From a virus (lineage: Duplodnaviria > Heunggongvirae > Uroviricota > Caudoviricetes), in the IMG/VR virus record IMGVR_UViG_2541047816_000004, positions 1 through 42,267 of that record: 42,267 nt of DNA; one strand, written 5' to 3'. Under the pieces are notes generated by a model. It searched no databases. It had not been told where the DNA came from and saw only the letters and a list, made by a program, of their open reading frames with translations. Shown here one piece after another: positions 24,046 through 33,396 of the stretch; within the stretch, counting starts at the first letter, position 1, and every line of letters starts with the position of its first letter. The position numbers and the translations under genes were made by a program.

Positions 24046-24510
24046 TTATCTGAGGCATTGCTCTCGAATGTATAGCTGTGCCCCTTCAAGTTGTTTTTGC
24101 ATTATTATCAGTCGCGCTCTGAGGGTGAAATAATCCCGTTCAGCGGTGTCTGCCAGTCGGGGGGAGGCTGCATTATCCACGCCGGAGGCGGTGGTGGCTT
24201 CACGCACTGACTGACAGACTGCTTTGATGTGCAACCGACGACGACCAGCGGCAACATCATCACGCAGAGCATCATTTTCAGCTTTCGCATCAGCTAACTC
24301 CTTCGTGTATTTTGCATCGAGCGCAGCAACATCACGCTGACGCATCTGCATGTCAGTAATTGCCGCGTTCGCCAGCTTCAGTTCTCTGACATTTTTGTCG
24401 CGCTGGGCTTTGTAGGTAATGGCGTTATCACGGTAATGATTCAGCCACAGACTAAGCGCACCACAGGCCACCAGCAGGGCAATGATGACCACGCACAGTA
24501 CGCGGTTCAT
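24046..24510 (-). CDS. Rz: Spanin inner-membrane subunit Rz
   Basis: [45 protein letters not shown] matches lambda Rz as recalled. Confidence 0.9.
   Translation of the reverse strand: MNRVLCVVIIALLVACGALSLWLNHYRDNAITYKAQRDKNVRELKLANAAITDMQMRQRDVAALDAKYTKELADAKAENDALRDDVAAGRRRLHIKAVCQSVREATTASGVDNAASPRLADTAERDYFTLRARLIIMQKQLEGAQLYIREQCLR
24108..24290 (-). CDS. Rz1: Spanin outer-membrane lipoprotein Rz1, embedded in Rz in the +1 frame
   Basis: [20 protein letters not shown] lipobox plus proline-rich [16 protein letters not shown]. Confidence 0.85.
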   Translation of the reverse strand: MRKLKMMLCVMMLPLVVVGCTSKQSVSQCVKPPPPPAWIMQPPPDWQTPLNGIISPSERD

Positions 24511-24808
24511 TTCACCACCAGCGTATCTGACCGATGAAATAACCGGAGGCCATAATCACAAACACCAGCCAGATAAGAATGAACTTCCAGGTGGATAATT
24601 TTTCAGCCATCACTCGAATCTCCCGAATCAGTTTGCTAAAATCAAACACACTTTCTCCTTTGACTTTTCCGGAGTCAGGAAACACAAAACCCCGCTTGGT
24701 GCCAACAAACGGGGTTTTTACTTTTATTCACTTACGTTTCGCCACTTCGCAGGATTTCATGTTATCCGCCCGCGTGGCCATGCCTTATTTTTCAGCAAAA
24801 TATTCTGC

Positions 24809-25342
24809 TTATCTGTCGATACCCCAGCACGCCAGCGCGCTCTCCTGGTCACGACGGGATACCTGACCGTAGCAGTTGTTTGAACGAATACGGCAGTCTC
24901 TGCCACCGTCCTTAATCCACCAGCGAATCGCCTCACACGCTCCCCTGCGATCACCTGCATTAATTCGTTTGTAAAACGTCGACGGGAAACACTTACCGGG
25001 ACCAATGTTGTACGGACAGAATGACGCGATCCCCGCTTTCTGGGGTTCGCTCAATGGCACTTTGATGTTTTTCTCCACCCATGCCAGCGCCTTATCACGC
25101 TCAATGGCGTTGACCTGGTCGCATTTTTCCTTCGACAGTTTCATACCGGGAAAAACGGGTTTTCCATCCACCATCGTGGCCCCCCGACAGATGGTCCAGT
25201 TGCCGGAACCATCGCGGTATGCCGTTGTGTGGTTACCCTCTTTTTCGTCCAGAAACTGGTCAAGTATCTGAGGAGCAGACGCGCCTGCAGCAATCAGCGC
25301 CAGAACAGCAGCTGACAGGCCGTATTTGATTTTTACGCTCAT
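24809..25342 (-). CDS. Endolysin, lysozyme-like (GH24 family) with N-terminal signal-anchor-release (SAR) segment
   Basis: Hydrophobic Gly/Ala-rich N-terminus LSAAVLALIAAGASA followed by lysozyme-like domain. Confidence 0.75.
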   Translation of the reverse strand: MSVKIKYGLSAAVLALIAAGASAPQILDQFLDEKEGNHTTAYRDGSGNWTICRGATMVDGKPVFPGMKLSKEKCDQVNAIERDKALAWVEKNIKVPLSEPQKAGIASFCPYNIGPGKCFPSTFYKRINAGDRRGACEAIRWWIKDGGRDCRIRSNNCYGQVSRRDQESALACWGIDR

Positions 25343-25435
25343 GGATATTTATCAGGATGCTACCAATGAAAGATACTGGAAAGCCAACTGCAAAAAGCTA
25401 ACAACCTGTAATCGAGTTATCAGAACTGTTAATTT

Positions 25436-25696
25436 TTATGGTATACCGCGCCTCTGAACAGGGGCGCGTTTCTGGCAACAGCTCGTCCCCTTCACATAAC
25501 CCGGCAGCAACATCCAGGAAGACCTGGCTGCTGCCTCATAAAACTCCAGCGCGGCACCTTCAACACGGTCCAGCGAGATGTCCAGGTCAAAAATTTCACC
25601 GTCAAAGCGTTTTTTGTCCCGTAACGCTAAAGTTACCGTAACTTTATTCTCAAAATTGCGGATCCCTTTCACAATCAGTTCATAGTTTTGAGTCAT
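25436..25696 (-). CDS. Hypothetical protein between holin and endolysin
   Basis: 86-aa ORF in the late operon; no family recognised. Confidence 0.4.
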   Translation of the reverse strand: MTQNYELIVKGIRNFENKVTVTLALRDKKRFDGEIFDLDISLDRVEGAALEFYEAAARSSWMLLPGYVKGTSCCQKRAPVQRRGIP

Positions 25697-25700
25697 TGAA

Positions 25701-25916
25701 TTACTCTCCCCGTGCAGCCTTACGACGGTCCTCTCTGATTTTGAAATACAGGTTAGTCAGATATGTCAGCAGCCCAAACAGCAGACTCCCCAGCACGCCT
25801 ATTGCCGCCCACTGAGACGGGGAAACCCTGTCCAGCAACTGCAGGAACCAGTAGCCCGTTCCCACCGCTGACGTAGTGTATGACACACCTGTTGTGATTT
25901 TTTCCATCTGGTCCAT
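25701..25916 (-). CDS. Phage-21-type class II holin (pinholin) with dual-start motif
   Basis: [45 protein letters not shown]...[17 protein letters not shown] resembles S21 as recalled. Confidence 0.85.
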   Translation of the reverse strand: MDQMEKITTGVSYTTSAVGTGYWFLQLLDRVSPSQWAAIGVLGSLLFGLLTYLTNLYFKIREDRRKAARGE

Positions 25917-26223
25917 ACCCCGTCTCCCGTTATCCGGAAGCTGACAACAATAAAAAAGCCACCAGTTAACTACTGATGGCTCTGATAACTCATGCAAGCG
26001 TCTCAGACGATCCACTGACACTATCGGTGAGTTTAACGATACCTTCCATTTGACTGGCTCACTTTTTATGATGATGCCGGTGCATTTATCTCCAGCACCA
26101 GACTTTCTATCTCAACGCCATACGTTGCATTTTTGGTAATATCCGTCAGCGTCAGTGCATTTAGTCCCACTGCCAGACTGTCTTTTATGGCCTGGAATGC
26201 CGGGCCAGTACGATGACGTAGTA

Positions 26224-26427
26224 TCACTCCGGCTCAGTTGCACCGCTGACCACCACATCACCTTCTGCTGCAATCGCCTGCATCAGGGTATAAGGGGTTA
26301 TGGCCACCGGACTACCAAACGGCTGCCAGCCCTCTTTCAGTTTATGTGTCAGCTTTTCCGCAAGATCTGACGGCGGCGCCGCCCTGACAACATCATAGTG
26401 TTTAAATGCCATGGTTCTTTCCACCAT
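26224..26427 (-). CDS. Hypothetical protein upstream of the holin
   Basis: 67-aa ORF with GGTGGAAAG SD-like sequence upstream. Confidence 0.45.
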   Translation of the reverse strand: MVERTMAFKHYDVVRAAPPSDLAEKLTHKLKEGWQPFGSPVAITPYTLMQAIAAEGDVVVSGATEPE

Positions 26428-26672
26428 CTGAAAAATAATTCTTTAAAATGCCTGACATGTAATACAGAAAAAAACACAAAACCATACCTTAAATAAAAAC
26501 CTGATTATCAAGCAGATATGCATGGATAAACTACAAGACGAGATATAAACCACCCTGTATTTAAATAAACAATAAACAACATCAGAAAAATAATTCTGCT
26601 CTATGGTTTAATTCAAAAATATCATTTATACTTTTCAGAACATCACCAGCAAGGCATAAACAAGGAAAGTAA

Positions 26673-27008
26673 ATGAAGTGGATTGTGATTGATACAGTTA
26701 TCCAGCCATCATGCGGAATATCTTTTTCAGTCATATGGAGTAAAATAAAATTAATAATCTGGTATCAATCGGATGCTTTCTTACCTCCTGAAAGTATATT
26801 TACACTGACTCACACAGGCATCATGCTCAATAACAAAGTGCTGCCTGTAACCATTTACAACGTAGTACCATTCAATAAAACATTCTGGAATTTAATCAAA
26901 AACAGCCAGGAATGCCCTACAAATACAGATAACGTATTGAATGAATGCTTTAATAACCGTTGCACTCTGCAAATATGTCCTTATGGACTAAAACAACAAA
27001 GTCCATAA
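26673..27008 (+). CDS. Hypothetical cargo protein, AT-rich, antisense to the late operon
   Basis: 111-aa ORF with AAGGAAAG SD 5 nt upstream of ATG; several Cys; no family recognised. Confidence 0.5.
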   Translation: MKWIVIDTVIQPSCGISFSVIWSKIKLIIWYQSDAFLPPESIFTLTHTGIMLNNKVLPVTIYNVVPFNKTFWNLIKNSQECPTNTDNVLNECFNNRCTLQICPYGLKQQSP

Positions 27009-27455
27009 GGAGTTTACTCACATCTGACAAAATCAATATAAACAGCCCCTCCGGAGAGGGGCTGGAGAGTGGCGCTATGTGCCATTGCATGGTGCCGGGT
27101 GCCTCCCGGTGAATTCAGTACCAGCACCTGAATCCGCGATTATCCCATATACCTACTCGCTGATTGCCCCACCGCACAGGGGGATTCACCATGCCAGTTT
27201 CTTTTAACAAACTCCCCGCAAACCAGACAACAGTCAACCGCCTGAATTGTGAAGTATTTAAAAATTTCTCCCGCTAACTGATACCCGGCTAACAGTCTGG
27301 CGTTTTCTTTTTCAGCAACGGGAAAGCAACAACCACCACACCCGCCACCAGCACACCGTCAGCCAGCACTGACATTATCCGGCTGCTGCAATGCCATTCA
27401 CAAAAACAGTAAGCAATCACTTTTTACCGTAACAGGTGATAATCCAGATATGTAT

Positions 27456-27809
27456 CTACCCCAGATGAGTAATCCGAAGTTCATCCATACCACAGGTCCT
27501 GGCTATTCTGTTGTACTCCTGAACAAGAGCAAATAATTCTGAATTAGCAACCATGAACTCATCGCAAACCCTCTGTATAGCATCACTATTCAGAATAATA
27601 ACGTCTCTTCCCGAAAGACGATCAGGAGTACAGAACAAAACTGTCAAACGGCTGAAGGCCTTTGCTCGTGCTGCATTGACTATATCAATACGCTGCCTAA
27701 GGATGAAACACCCCGACGCCTCATCAATATTCACTCTACCCACACCATATGAATGATAAATATTTAATGCTGAAAAAACCATTAGACCGTATAACAAATA
27801 TTCAATCAA
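27456..27809 (-). CDS. Hypothetical ORF downstream of the tRNA cluster (uncertain)
   Basis: 117-aa ORF with TTG start and no clear SD. Confidence 0.3.
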   Translation of the reverse strand: MIEYLLYGLMVFSALNIYHSYGVGRVNIDEASGCFILRQRIDIVNAARAKAFSRLTVLFCTPDRLSGRDVIILNSDAIQRVCDEFMVANSELFALVQEYNRIARTCGMDELRITHLG

Positions 27810-27919
27810 TACTTAACAGAACTTTTATTTTTGACAAACATATAATATTTTCAACAATATCCTGAGCCAGGTATATTTCAGTATAAGGCTCTGCCGGAAG
27901 GAATCTGGAAGAATGAATA

Positions 27920-27996
27920 TGGCGCGCTGTACTGGATTCGAACCAGTGACCGATTGCTTAGAAGGCAATTGCTCTGTCCGGCTGAGCTAACAACGC
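27920..27996 (-). tRNA. tRNA-Arg (anticodon TCT)
   Basis: Hand-folded cloverleaf: 7-bp acceptor, GCTC/GAGC D-stem, ATTGC/GCAAT anticodon stem, loop CTTCTAA, TTCGAAT T-loop, encoded CCA. Confidence 0.8.
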
Positions 27997-28009
27997 TGAA
28001 TACCGATAA

Positions 28010-28090
28010 TGGACCGCCATCGGGGACCCGCCCCCCGCACCAACAACCCTGTTATCGTGTCGTCTGCTCTTCCTGATAAGCTAATGGCGG
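28010..28090 (-). tRNA. Degenerate tRNA-like sequence (possible tRNA pseudogene)
   Basis: Perfect 7-bp acceptor stem CCGCCAT/ATGGCGG plus T and CCA, D- and T-stems present, but no canonical anticodon arm and aberrant T-loop GGCGGGT. Confidence 0.3.
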
Positions 28091-28097
28091 TTTGTGA

Positions 28098-28173
28098 TGG
28101 TGGCCCTTGCTGGATTTGAACCAGCGACCTGGCGATTATGAGTCGCTCGCTCTCACCACTGAGCTAAAGGGCC
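28098..28173 (-). tRNA. tRNA with CAT anticodon (Ile2-like or Met)
   Basis: GGCCCTTTAGCTCAGTGGTGAGAGCGAGCGACTCATAATCGCC...GGTTCAAATCCAGCAAGGGCCACCA, resembles ileX/ileZ as recalled. Confidence 0.8.
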
Positions 28174-28210
28174 GGGAGCAGAATAATAACGGTCCATAAT
28201 TAATTCCGCA

Positions 28211-28236
28211 ATAAAAAACCCGCTCGGCGGCGGGTT
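28211..28236 (-). terminator. tR-prime-like intrinsic terminator ending the short late leader transcript
   Basis: Minus-strand AACCCGC-CGCCGA-GCGGGTT hairpin followed by TTTTTTATT. Confidence 0.65.
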
Positions 28237-28283
28237 GTAGAAACTCTTCTAACGTCAGGCATAAAACGCCCATCATTATGACG

Positions 28284-28311
28284 AATTTACCACAGATTCC
28301 GGAAAAATCAA
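28284..28311 (-). promoter_or_regulatory. PR-prime-like late promoter (-35 TTGATT, 16-nt spacer, -10 TAAATT), probable qut region
   Basis: Consensus-like hexamers immediately downstream of the Q stop and upstream of the terminator. Confidence 0.5.
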
Positions 28312-28316
28312 CCTTG

Positions 28317-29138
28317 TTACCTAGTTACCTTTTTTAACTGCCGCTCAGCCCATGCTTCTTCAATATCAAACCGGGTCACCAGCGCATCATAGAATTTCTT
28401 AACTGTTTTTTCCCATGACGCGCGTGTTATCTGGTTTGTCACCTCGCATATAGCATTAAATGCCTCCGTTGATGGTAGTCTTTCATAGCCACGACCACCA
28501 CAACGCTGGCAGTCTCTGATAACAGGCATACCACGTTTTACCGACTCTTCACGATGAATGGCGACACCACGCCCACGGCAATCCTTACAGGCGGTGGAAA
28601 CCTCACCCTTTCCGCCACACTCCGGACAGGCAACTTTTACCACCTCCCTGACTTTTTTCCATTCTTCCCAGTAAGACGGATACACACCTTTCGTACACTT
28701 TGCCCATACCGGCGGCTTACCATCCGGATACTGGACCTTGTTTGTAAAAACTACGCTTTCAATAAATTTTTCCCCATAGCAACAAGGGCACTGCTTTTTA
28801 CTCGCTGCGCTGCGGGCATAATCCTCAAAAGCGTACGAAGCCATAATGCGCATCACTAACGGTTTTATTTCTGCCGGAAGTTTTCTCAACGCCGCCACAC
28901 GATCGCACCGACTGAGTGCATAATCTGCCAGTAATTCTGTTGCCCGCGCCCTGTCATTCATACTGATGCCCATTTTCCCCAGGAACGCAGAAAACCCCAT
29001 CTCAGCCCGATTCTGTGTCATGCCCTGCGCGGCCATCACATCAGTGATACTCAGCGCATCTTTTGACGTTGAGGCCGATACATCGGTCAGGCCAGGGGAT
29101 TTTGGGGAGTAGTATTTCGGTAAATCTTCCAGTTTCAT
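28317..29138 (-). CDS. Q: Late antiterminator Q (lambda Q family with Cys-rich insertion)
   Basis: KYYSPKSPGLTDVSASTSKDALSITDVMAAQGM and CxxC pairs; C-terminus ...YDALVTRF..VTR like lambda Q. Confidence 0.8.
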   Translation of the reverse strand: MKLEDLPKYYSPKSPGLTDVSASTSKDALSITDVMAAQGMTQNRAEMGFSAFLGKMGISMNDRARATELLADYALSRCDRVAALRKLPAEIKPLVMRIMASYAFEDYARSAASKKQCPCCYGEKFIESVVFTNKVQYPDGKPPVWAKCTKGVYPSYWEEWKKVREVVKVACPECGGKGEVSTACKDCRGRGVAIHREESVKRGMPVIRDCQRCGGRGYERLPSTEAFNAICEVTNQITRASWEKTVKKFYDALVTRFDIEEAWAERQLKKVTR

Positions 29139-29509
29139 TTTTTGACCTGCTCTTCATGCATTATGGGGTAAATCTTCACCCCCATACGTCCACCAGATAC
29201 TGGCTGACCACGAACGATATTGATTTCATCAAACTGCTCATCGTCCATTAACACTCCCGCATGCGTCAGCGCATCCAGCGGTGCTTTCAGGATATTGTCC
29301 AGGTCGCGACGACGCTTATCCGGTGGCTCTGCAATCACCTTTATCGCCAGCCTTCCGGACAGGCTTAATTTCAGCCGCTGCTGGCGAACAATAAGCGCCA
29401 CAGCCCGGCGATAACGCTTTCCCTCCTCCGAGATAAAATATGTGCTGCCACGGCGTCGCCAGTAAGTGTTCACCGTCGGCGGGTAAGGTAAAACCAAATC
29501 TATGAGCAT
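29135..29509 (-). CDS. rusA: Holliday junction resolvase RusA
   Basis: PDKRRRDLDNILKAPLDALTHAGVLMDDEQ shares the RusA catalytic region motif. Confidence 0.8.
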   Translation of the reverse strand: MLIDLVLPYPPTVNTYWRRRGSTYFISEEGKRYRRAVALIVRQQRLKLSLSGRLAIKVIAEPPDKRRRDLDNILKAPLDALTHAGVLMDDEQFDEINIVRGQPVSGGRMGVKIYPIMHEEQVKK

Positions 29510-29521
29510 CAGTCACCTCTT

Positions 29522-30571
29522 TTACCCAAGCACGCCAGTTGCAAAGGCGTGATCAAGAAAACGAAAAATTAAATCAACCTGAGAACCATGCTTTTGTTCG
29601 AACGCCAGAGGATCCGCATGAAGCTCGTTGTGATGCTCCCGACACAGCGGTAGCGTGAAAATATCGTGAGATTTTGTCCCCATTCCGCCCTGACCATGAC
29701 CAATCAGGTGATGGGGATCGTCGGCTGGCTTACCACAACACGCACACGGCTGTGTCTTCACCCAGCGTGTGTATTTCTCGTTAACCCAGCGGCGACGTTT
29801 AGGTCGTTTCATGAAAGATTCCGGAGACTCAGGATCAACGGCAATGCTGACCACCGTCTTTTCCTGTGGTGGGTTCTGTTGCTGGTGGGCGTGAGGCAGC
29901 GGCGCAATATTTTTTGTGCGCTGTTTCAGTATGCTGGTGGCTGTCTGCTCTCCCGGTATGATGTCGCTCTCGCGGTAAAGCGAGCGGATTTTCTCCGCCG
30001 GTAATCCCAGTGAGCGGCGTAATACAGCCTCCGGTAGTGCGTCCGCTACCTGATTGCAGACCGCCCACCAGGATAATTCAGCCAGAGATAATTCACGCTC
30101 CTGCGTACCGCTTATTGCGTGACCGATGACGTCAATCATCCATGCTGACAGGTTTTGATGAGCAAGTTGCTCGAGTGATTCGGATGTCTGGTCACGCAGC
30201 TGGTTGTCGCAGTGCCAGCACAACACCATTGCGCCGGTACCATAACGGTGAATGACGGTTTCGCTGTGATGATAATCGCCGTGTGGCCACTGGCAGGATT
30301 TAACATGGCGCAGTAACCAGTCAGACAATGCGCCAGCGCCACCAGCAGCACGAATCACTCGTTCGTCGCTGAAAAATGGCAGTAATGATTTATCCTCCGC
30401 CAGCGGCTGGCGAACGGCAGGAACGACCCCGGACGGCAGATTACGCATGCTTTTCGGTTCCGGCTCCACCAGTACCCGGGTATTGTGGAATACCGGCATG
30501 GATTCACGGCCCGGCTTAACGATCACCAGCCCGAGTTCCGGTACCAGAACAGGTCGAAGTAATACCCGCAC
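29522..30571 (-). CDS. DUF968-domain protein (YdfU-like)
   Basis: 349 aa; C-terminal Cys/His-rich CACCGKPADDPHHLIGHGQGGMGTKSHD...LCREHH. Confidence 0.6.
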   Translation of the reverse strand: MRVLLRPVLVPELGLVIVKPGRESMPVFHNTRVLVEPEPKSMRNLPSGVVPAVRQPLAEDKSLLPFFSDERVIRAAGGAGALSDWLLRHVKSCQWPHGDYHHSETVIHRYGTGAMVLCWHCDNQLRDQTSESLEQLAHQNLSAWMIDVIGHAISGTQERELSLAELSWWAVCNQVADALPEAVLRRSLGLPAEKIRSLYRESDIIPGEQTATSILKQRTKNIAPLPHAHQQQNPPQEKTVVSIAVDPESPESFMKRPKRRRWVNEKYTRWVKTQPCACCGKPADDPHHLIGHGQGGMGTKSHDIFTLPLCREHHNELHADPLAFEQKHGSQVDLIFRFLDHAFATGVLG

Positions 30572-30572
30572 G

Positions 30573-30851
30573 TTACCTCCAGATGCGTTGCTGGAATGTG
30601 CGGGACGGACGCGGTGGGCGTTCAGAGTAAGGAAGCCTGACGGAGATTATCCAGTGACGGTAGTCGAGGCTAAGGGCTTTTTTAACCTCGCATCCGCGCC
30701 TGCGGTAACACTGAATGAGCCATTCGGCCTGTTCTTCAGTGCATGGGGGATGCTGGTACCAGTCTGACTTAAATGCGTGAGAATACCGCTCGTGCGTGTG
30801 GGCAAGAACGGTCGAATTATCATGTTTGTAATATTTTGCGTTGCGTGCCAT
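30573..30851 (-). CDS. Hypothetical protein
   Basis: 92-aa ORF tightly packed in the nin-like region. Confidence 0.4.
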   Translation of the reverse strand: MARNAKYYKHDNSTVLAHTHERYSHAFKSDWYQHPPCTEEQAEWLIQCYRRRGCEVKKALSLDYRHWIISVRLPYSERPPRPSRTFQQRIWR

Positions 30852-30917
30852 CGGTTTTCTCCGGTGGCACGGTGTTACTCAGCGGGAGTTCAGCCCCGCG
30901 CAAGATTGTAGATGAGT

Positions 30918-31169
30918 TTATTCTTCTGAAAAAGCAGAAAAGCCAGCTTTTATTCCGATCTCTTTCAATACCTGTAATGAAGTGACAAACTCACCGTCGC
31001 GCAAGATAAATCCGTCCGTCACTCGGGCATCCACAAAATTAATTAACGCAGCCCCATTTTTTTGCAAACACACAATGCGGTAATGACTAACAATATTTCC
31101 ATTTTCAACGCACACAGCATAGAGGCCATCTTCACAAAAAATTTTACGCAGTTCTTCGATGTTCATCAT
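30918..31169 (-). CDS. Hypothetical protein (83 aa; sits where Rem is in Qin-type prophages)
   Basis: 83-aa ORF; lower GC; no family recognised. Confidence 0.4.
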   Translation of the reverse strand: MMNIEELRKIFCEDGLYAVCVENGNIVSHYRIVCLQKNGAALINFVDARVTDGFILRDGEFVTSLQVLKEIGIKAGFSAFSEE

Positions 31170-31385
31170 CAGAATCCTTCCGGATAATTAGCTCTCCCCT
31201 TTAAGGGACCATCCCTCTTATCCCTGCGCGCTACTTAAGTATTTTTGATTCTATTCCGGCACCGTCCAGAACTTCAAATGCGTTGAAAATAAAAACAAAA
31301 ACCCGCCGAAGCGGGTTAAGTGCGGGTGCGTTGAGGATGCCTGACACATCAGAGGTGGCGAGGGATTTCTCCCTCGCCGGGTCTC

Positions 31386-31541
31386 TTACTCCTCAGGTTC
31401 GTAAGCTGTGAAGACAGCGACCTCCGTCTGGCCGGTTCGGAGTCGTACCTCGCAGAGGTCTTTCCTCGTTACCAGTGCCGTCACTATGACGGTTAAACAG
31501 ATGACGATCAGGGCGATTAACATCGCCTTTTGCTGCTTCAT
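31386..31541 (-). CDS. hokD: Hok/Gef-family type I toxin (HokD/RelF-like)
   Basis: MKQQKAMLIALIVICLTVIVTALVTRKDLCEVRLRTGQTEVAVFTAYEPEE, 51 aa, near-identical to HokD as recalled. Confidence 0.85.
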   Translation of the reverse strand: MKQQKAMLIALIVICLTVIVTALVTRKDLCEVRLRTGQTEVAVFTAYEPEE

Positions 31542-32089
31542 AGCCTGCTTCTCCTTGCCTTTCGGCACGTAAGAGGCTAACCTACATGTGTCTAGCATGA
31601 AATTGGCCTCAGATTAATGTTAAGCGTCTTGCAGGACGCGTAATGTTAACTGGGGCTTTTCTCTATCTGCCGTTGGTGTTATGCCCGAGGCAGATAGCCT
31701 CAAGCACCCGCAGCCATTCTACTTAACTACCGTTACCTCGCCAATGTGAAATCAGTCAGAAAGGCGATCCATAAGAACAATAGCAAGACAATAAATCGCC
31801 ATTACAGCCGTAATAGCCAGCGCACATTTGAGAACCAGCACCACAACCTCCTGTATTGGACGTACACCAGTCCTGATGAATATGAGGCTGTCTCGTCAGT
31901 GATTCAATACAACTATTGGGTATAGTTTCTCTGATTTTTTCTGTGGAAATGGGGCTCAACCACTAGTCATTTAATACGCAAAGTCCGATACAAGCTAACC
32001 TTCTAGTCCGCTTTGAGCGAAAAGCGGACGTTGGAAGTTTAAAACTCGCGAACTACTCAGCGTCCATTGATGCGTATTGTGTAACGTGA

Positions 32090-32734
32090 TTAACCACAGA
32101 TGATATTGAAACGTTCTCCGGAAATCTTGACCATAATGTCAGACAGTTCGCTGACGGCATGGGCTTCAGATGATCCCAGAGCGTCAGGCTGAACAGCTAT
32201 TACCGAAGCTCCACTTGCCAGCCCTGCTTTTATACCCGCAGATGCATCCTCAAATACCACGCATTCACCAGGCTCAAGGCCCAAAGCCAAAGCTGCTTTG
32301 ATGTAACCCTCGGGACTTGGTTTTCCCGTCATTACATCTTCTGCACACACCATTACTATGGGTAAGGGGAGATTAGCCGCTTTCATCCTGTTTTCTGCAA
32401 GCATTCTGCCTGCAGAAGTGACAAGTGCCCAGCTATCCGGTGGCAGTTTTGATAAGAGTGCAGCGGCCCCTTTTACTTCAGTAACGCCTTCTGTCATGTT
32501 GATTTCAACCTCTTCGAGTGAGGCCGCGATTTTATTGGTTTTCTCACCTGCACCAATAAAATGCGTCAGTGTATCAATCGTTTGCCGCCCGTGTGCGTAA
32601 GCAATCACAGCCTGAGTATCAAGACCGTATTCTGCACAAAAATCTCTCCAGACGCTTTCCACTACGGCTGTTGAATCAACCAGCGTACCGTCCATATCGA
32701 ATAAAAAACCCTTAGCGTTGAATATCATTGCCAT
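32090..32734 (-). CDS. HAD-superfamily hydrolase/phosphatase
   Basis: N-terminal FDMDGTLVDS (DxDGT) motif and C-terminal FEDASAGIKAG. Confidence 0.8.
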   Translation of the reverse strand: MAMIFNAKGFLFDMDGTLVDSTAVVESVWRDFCAEYGLDTQAVIAYAHGRQTIDTLTHFIGAGEKTNKIAASLEEVEINMTEGVTEVKGAAALLSKLPPDSWALVTSAGRMLAENRMKAANLPLPIVMVCAEDVMTGKPSPEGYIKAALALGLEPGECVVFEDASAGIKAGLASGASVIAVQPDALGSSEAHAVSELSDIMVKISGERFNIICG

Positions 32735-32757
32735 TCCTTAATGGTTGCAGAAGAAAG

Positions 32758-33396
32758 TTAATCAAACCATGTTTTTTCATCACCTTTCGCTACTCTCAGG
32801 CTGACAGCAATCTGCTCAGGCACAATTCTTGAAAGCGACAATTCAGGCAGGTCGTTGACATCAAAAAAATCAGCATCGAGTGACTCATGGCTGATTGACA
32901 GGCTGCCACCTACTTCTTCACAGAGAAAAATCAGCTTGTAAACATGCCAGGGTAAAGGCGGATGGCCGTGAAGATTACGATCCCAAACTCCCAATAGTTT
33001 AGTCACTCTGACTTTTAATCCGGTTTCTTCTTCGACTTCTCGACGCACAGCTTCAGAAGGTGTATCTCCAACATCTGCCCATCCGCCAGGAAGACTCCAT
33101 AATCCATCTGCAGCCTCTTTCACCATCAGAATACGATTATTACGCAGGATAAACGCACGCACATCTGTTTTGGGCGTCGCGTAACCCGTTTCCGATACAT
33201 GAAACAAATCATTGCGGCTAATATCAAACTGCGAACTCAGCAGTCCAGCGGCAATTTCACGCAAGGCTTCATAGCGTTCCTTGTCAAAGACGTCTTTTGA
33301 ATAGGTCAGGCCTGACTGCGCGAGGGCCTTTAGTCTCTGGGCAACAAAAATAAGCTTTTCTTGGGTCAACACTTCAGACATGTTTTTCATCTTCAT
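32758..33396 (-). CDS. NUDIX hydrolase with N-terminal extension
   Basis: Nudix box GGWADVGDTPSEAVRREVEEETGL. Confidence 0.8.
   Translation of the reverse strand: MKMKNMSEVLTQEKLIFVAQRLKALAQSGLTYSKDVFDKERYEALREIAAGLLSSQFDISRNDLFHVSETGYATPKTDVRAFILRNNRILMVKEAADGLWSLPGGWADVGDTPSEAVRREVEEETGLKVRVTKLLGVWDRNLHGHPPLPWHVYKLIFLCEEVGGSLSISHESLDADFFDVNDLPELSLSRIVPEQIAVSLRVAKGDEKTWFD

Noticed and set aside
27289-27375. 28-codon poly-Val hydrophobic ORF (MSVLADGVLVAGVVVVAFPLLKKKTPDC) in the cargo region
   Set aside because: No convincing SD; composition driven by a caccac-type simple repeat; could be a type I toxin but evidence is too weak.
27553-27756. 67-aa plus-strand ORF overlapping the 117-aa minus ORF
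   Set aside because: No RBS and fully overlaps the opposite-strand candidate.
26430-27900. Shiga toxin genes at the Q-S cargo position
   Set aside because: Neither ORF has Stx A or B subunit features as I recall them; stx appears absent.
29666-30068. Plus-strand ORF (112 aa) and minus-strand ORF (77 aa) overlapping the DUF968 gene
   Set aside because: Overlap a well-supported longer ORF; likely spurious.
31756-31959. 67-aa minus-strand Cys/Gly-rich ORF
   Set aside because: No RBS and implausible composition; the SD-preceded 29-codon ORF in another frame is the better candidate.
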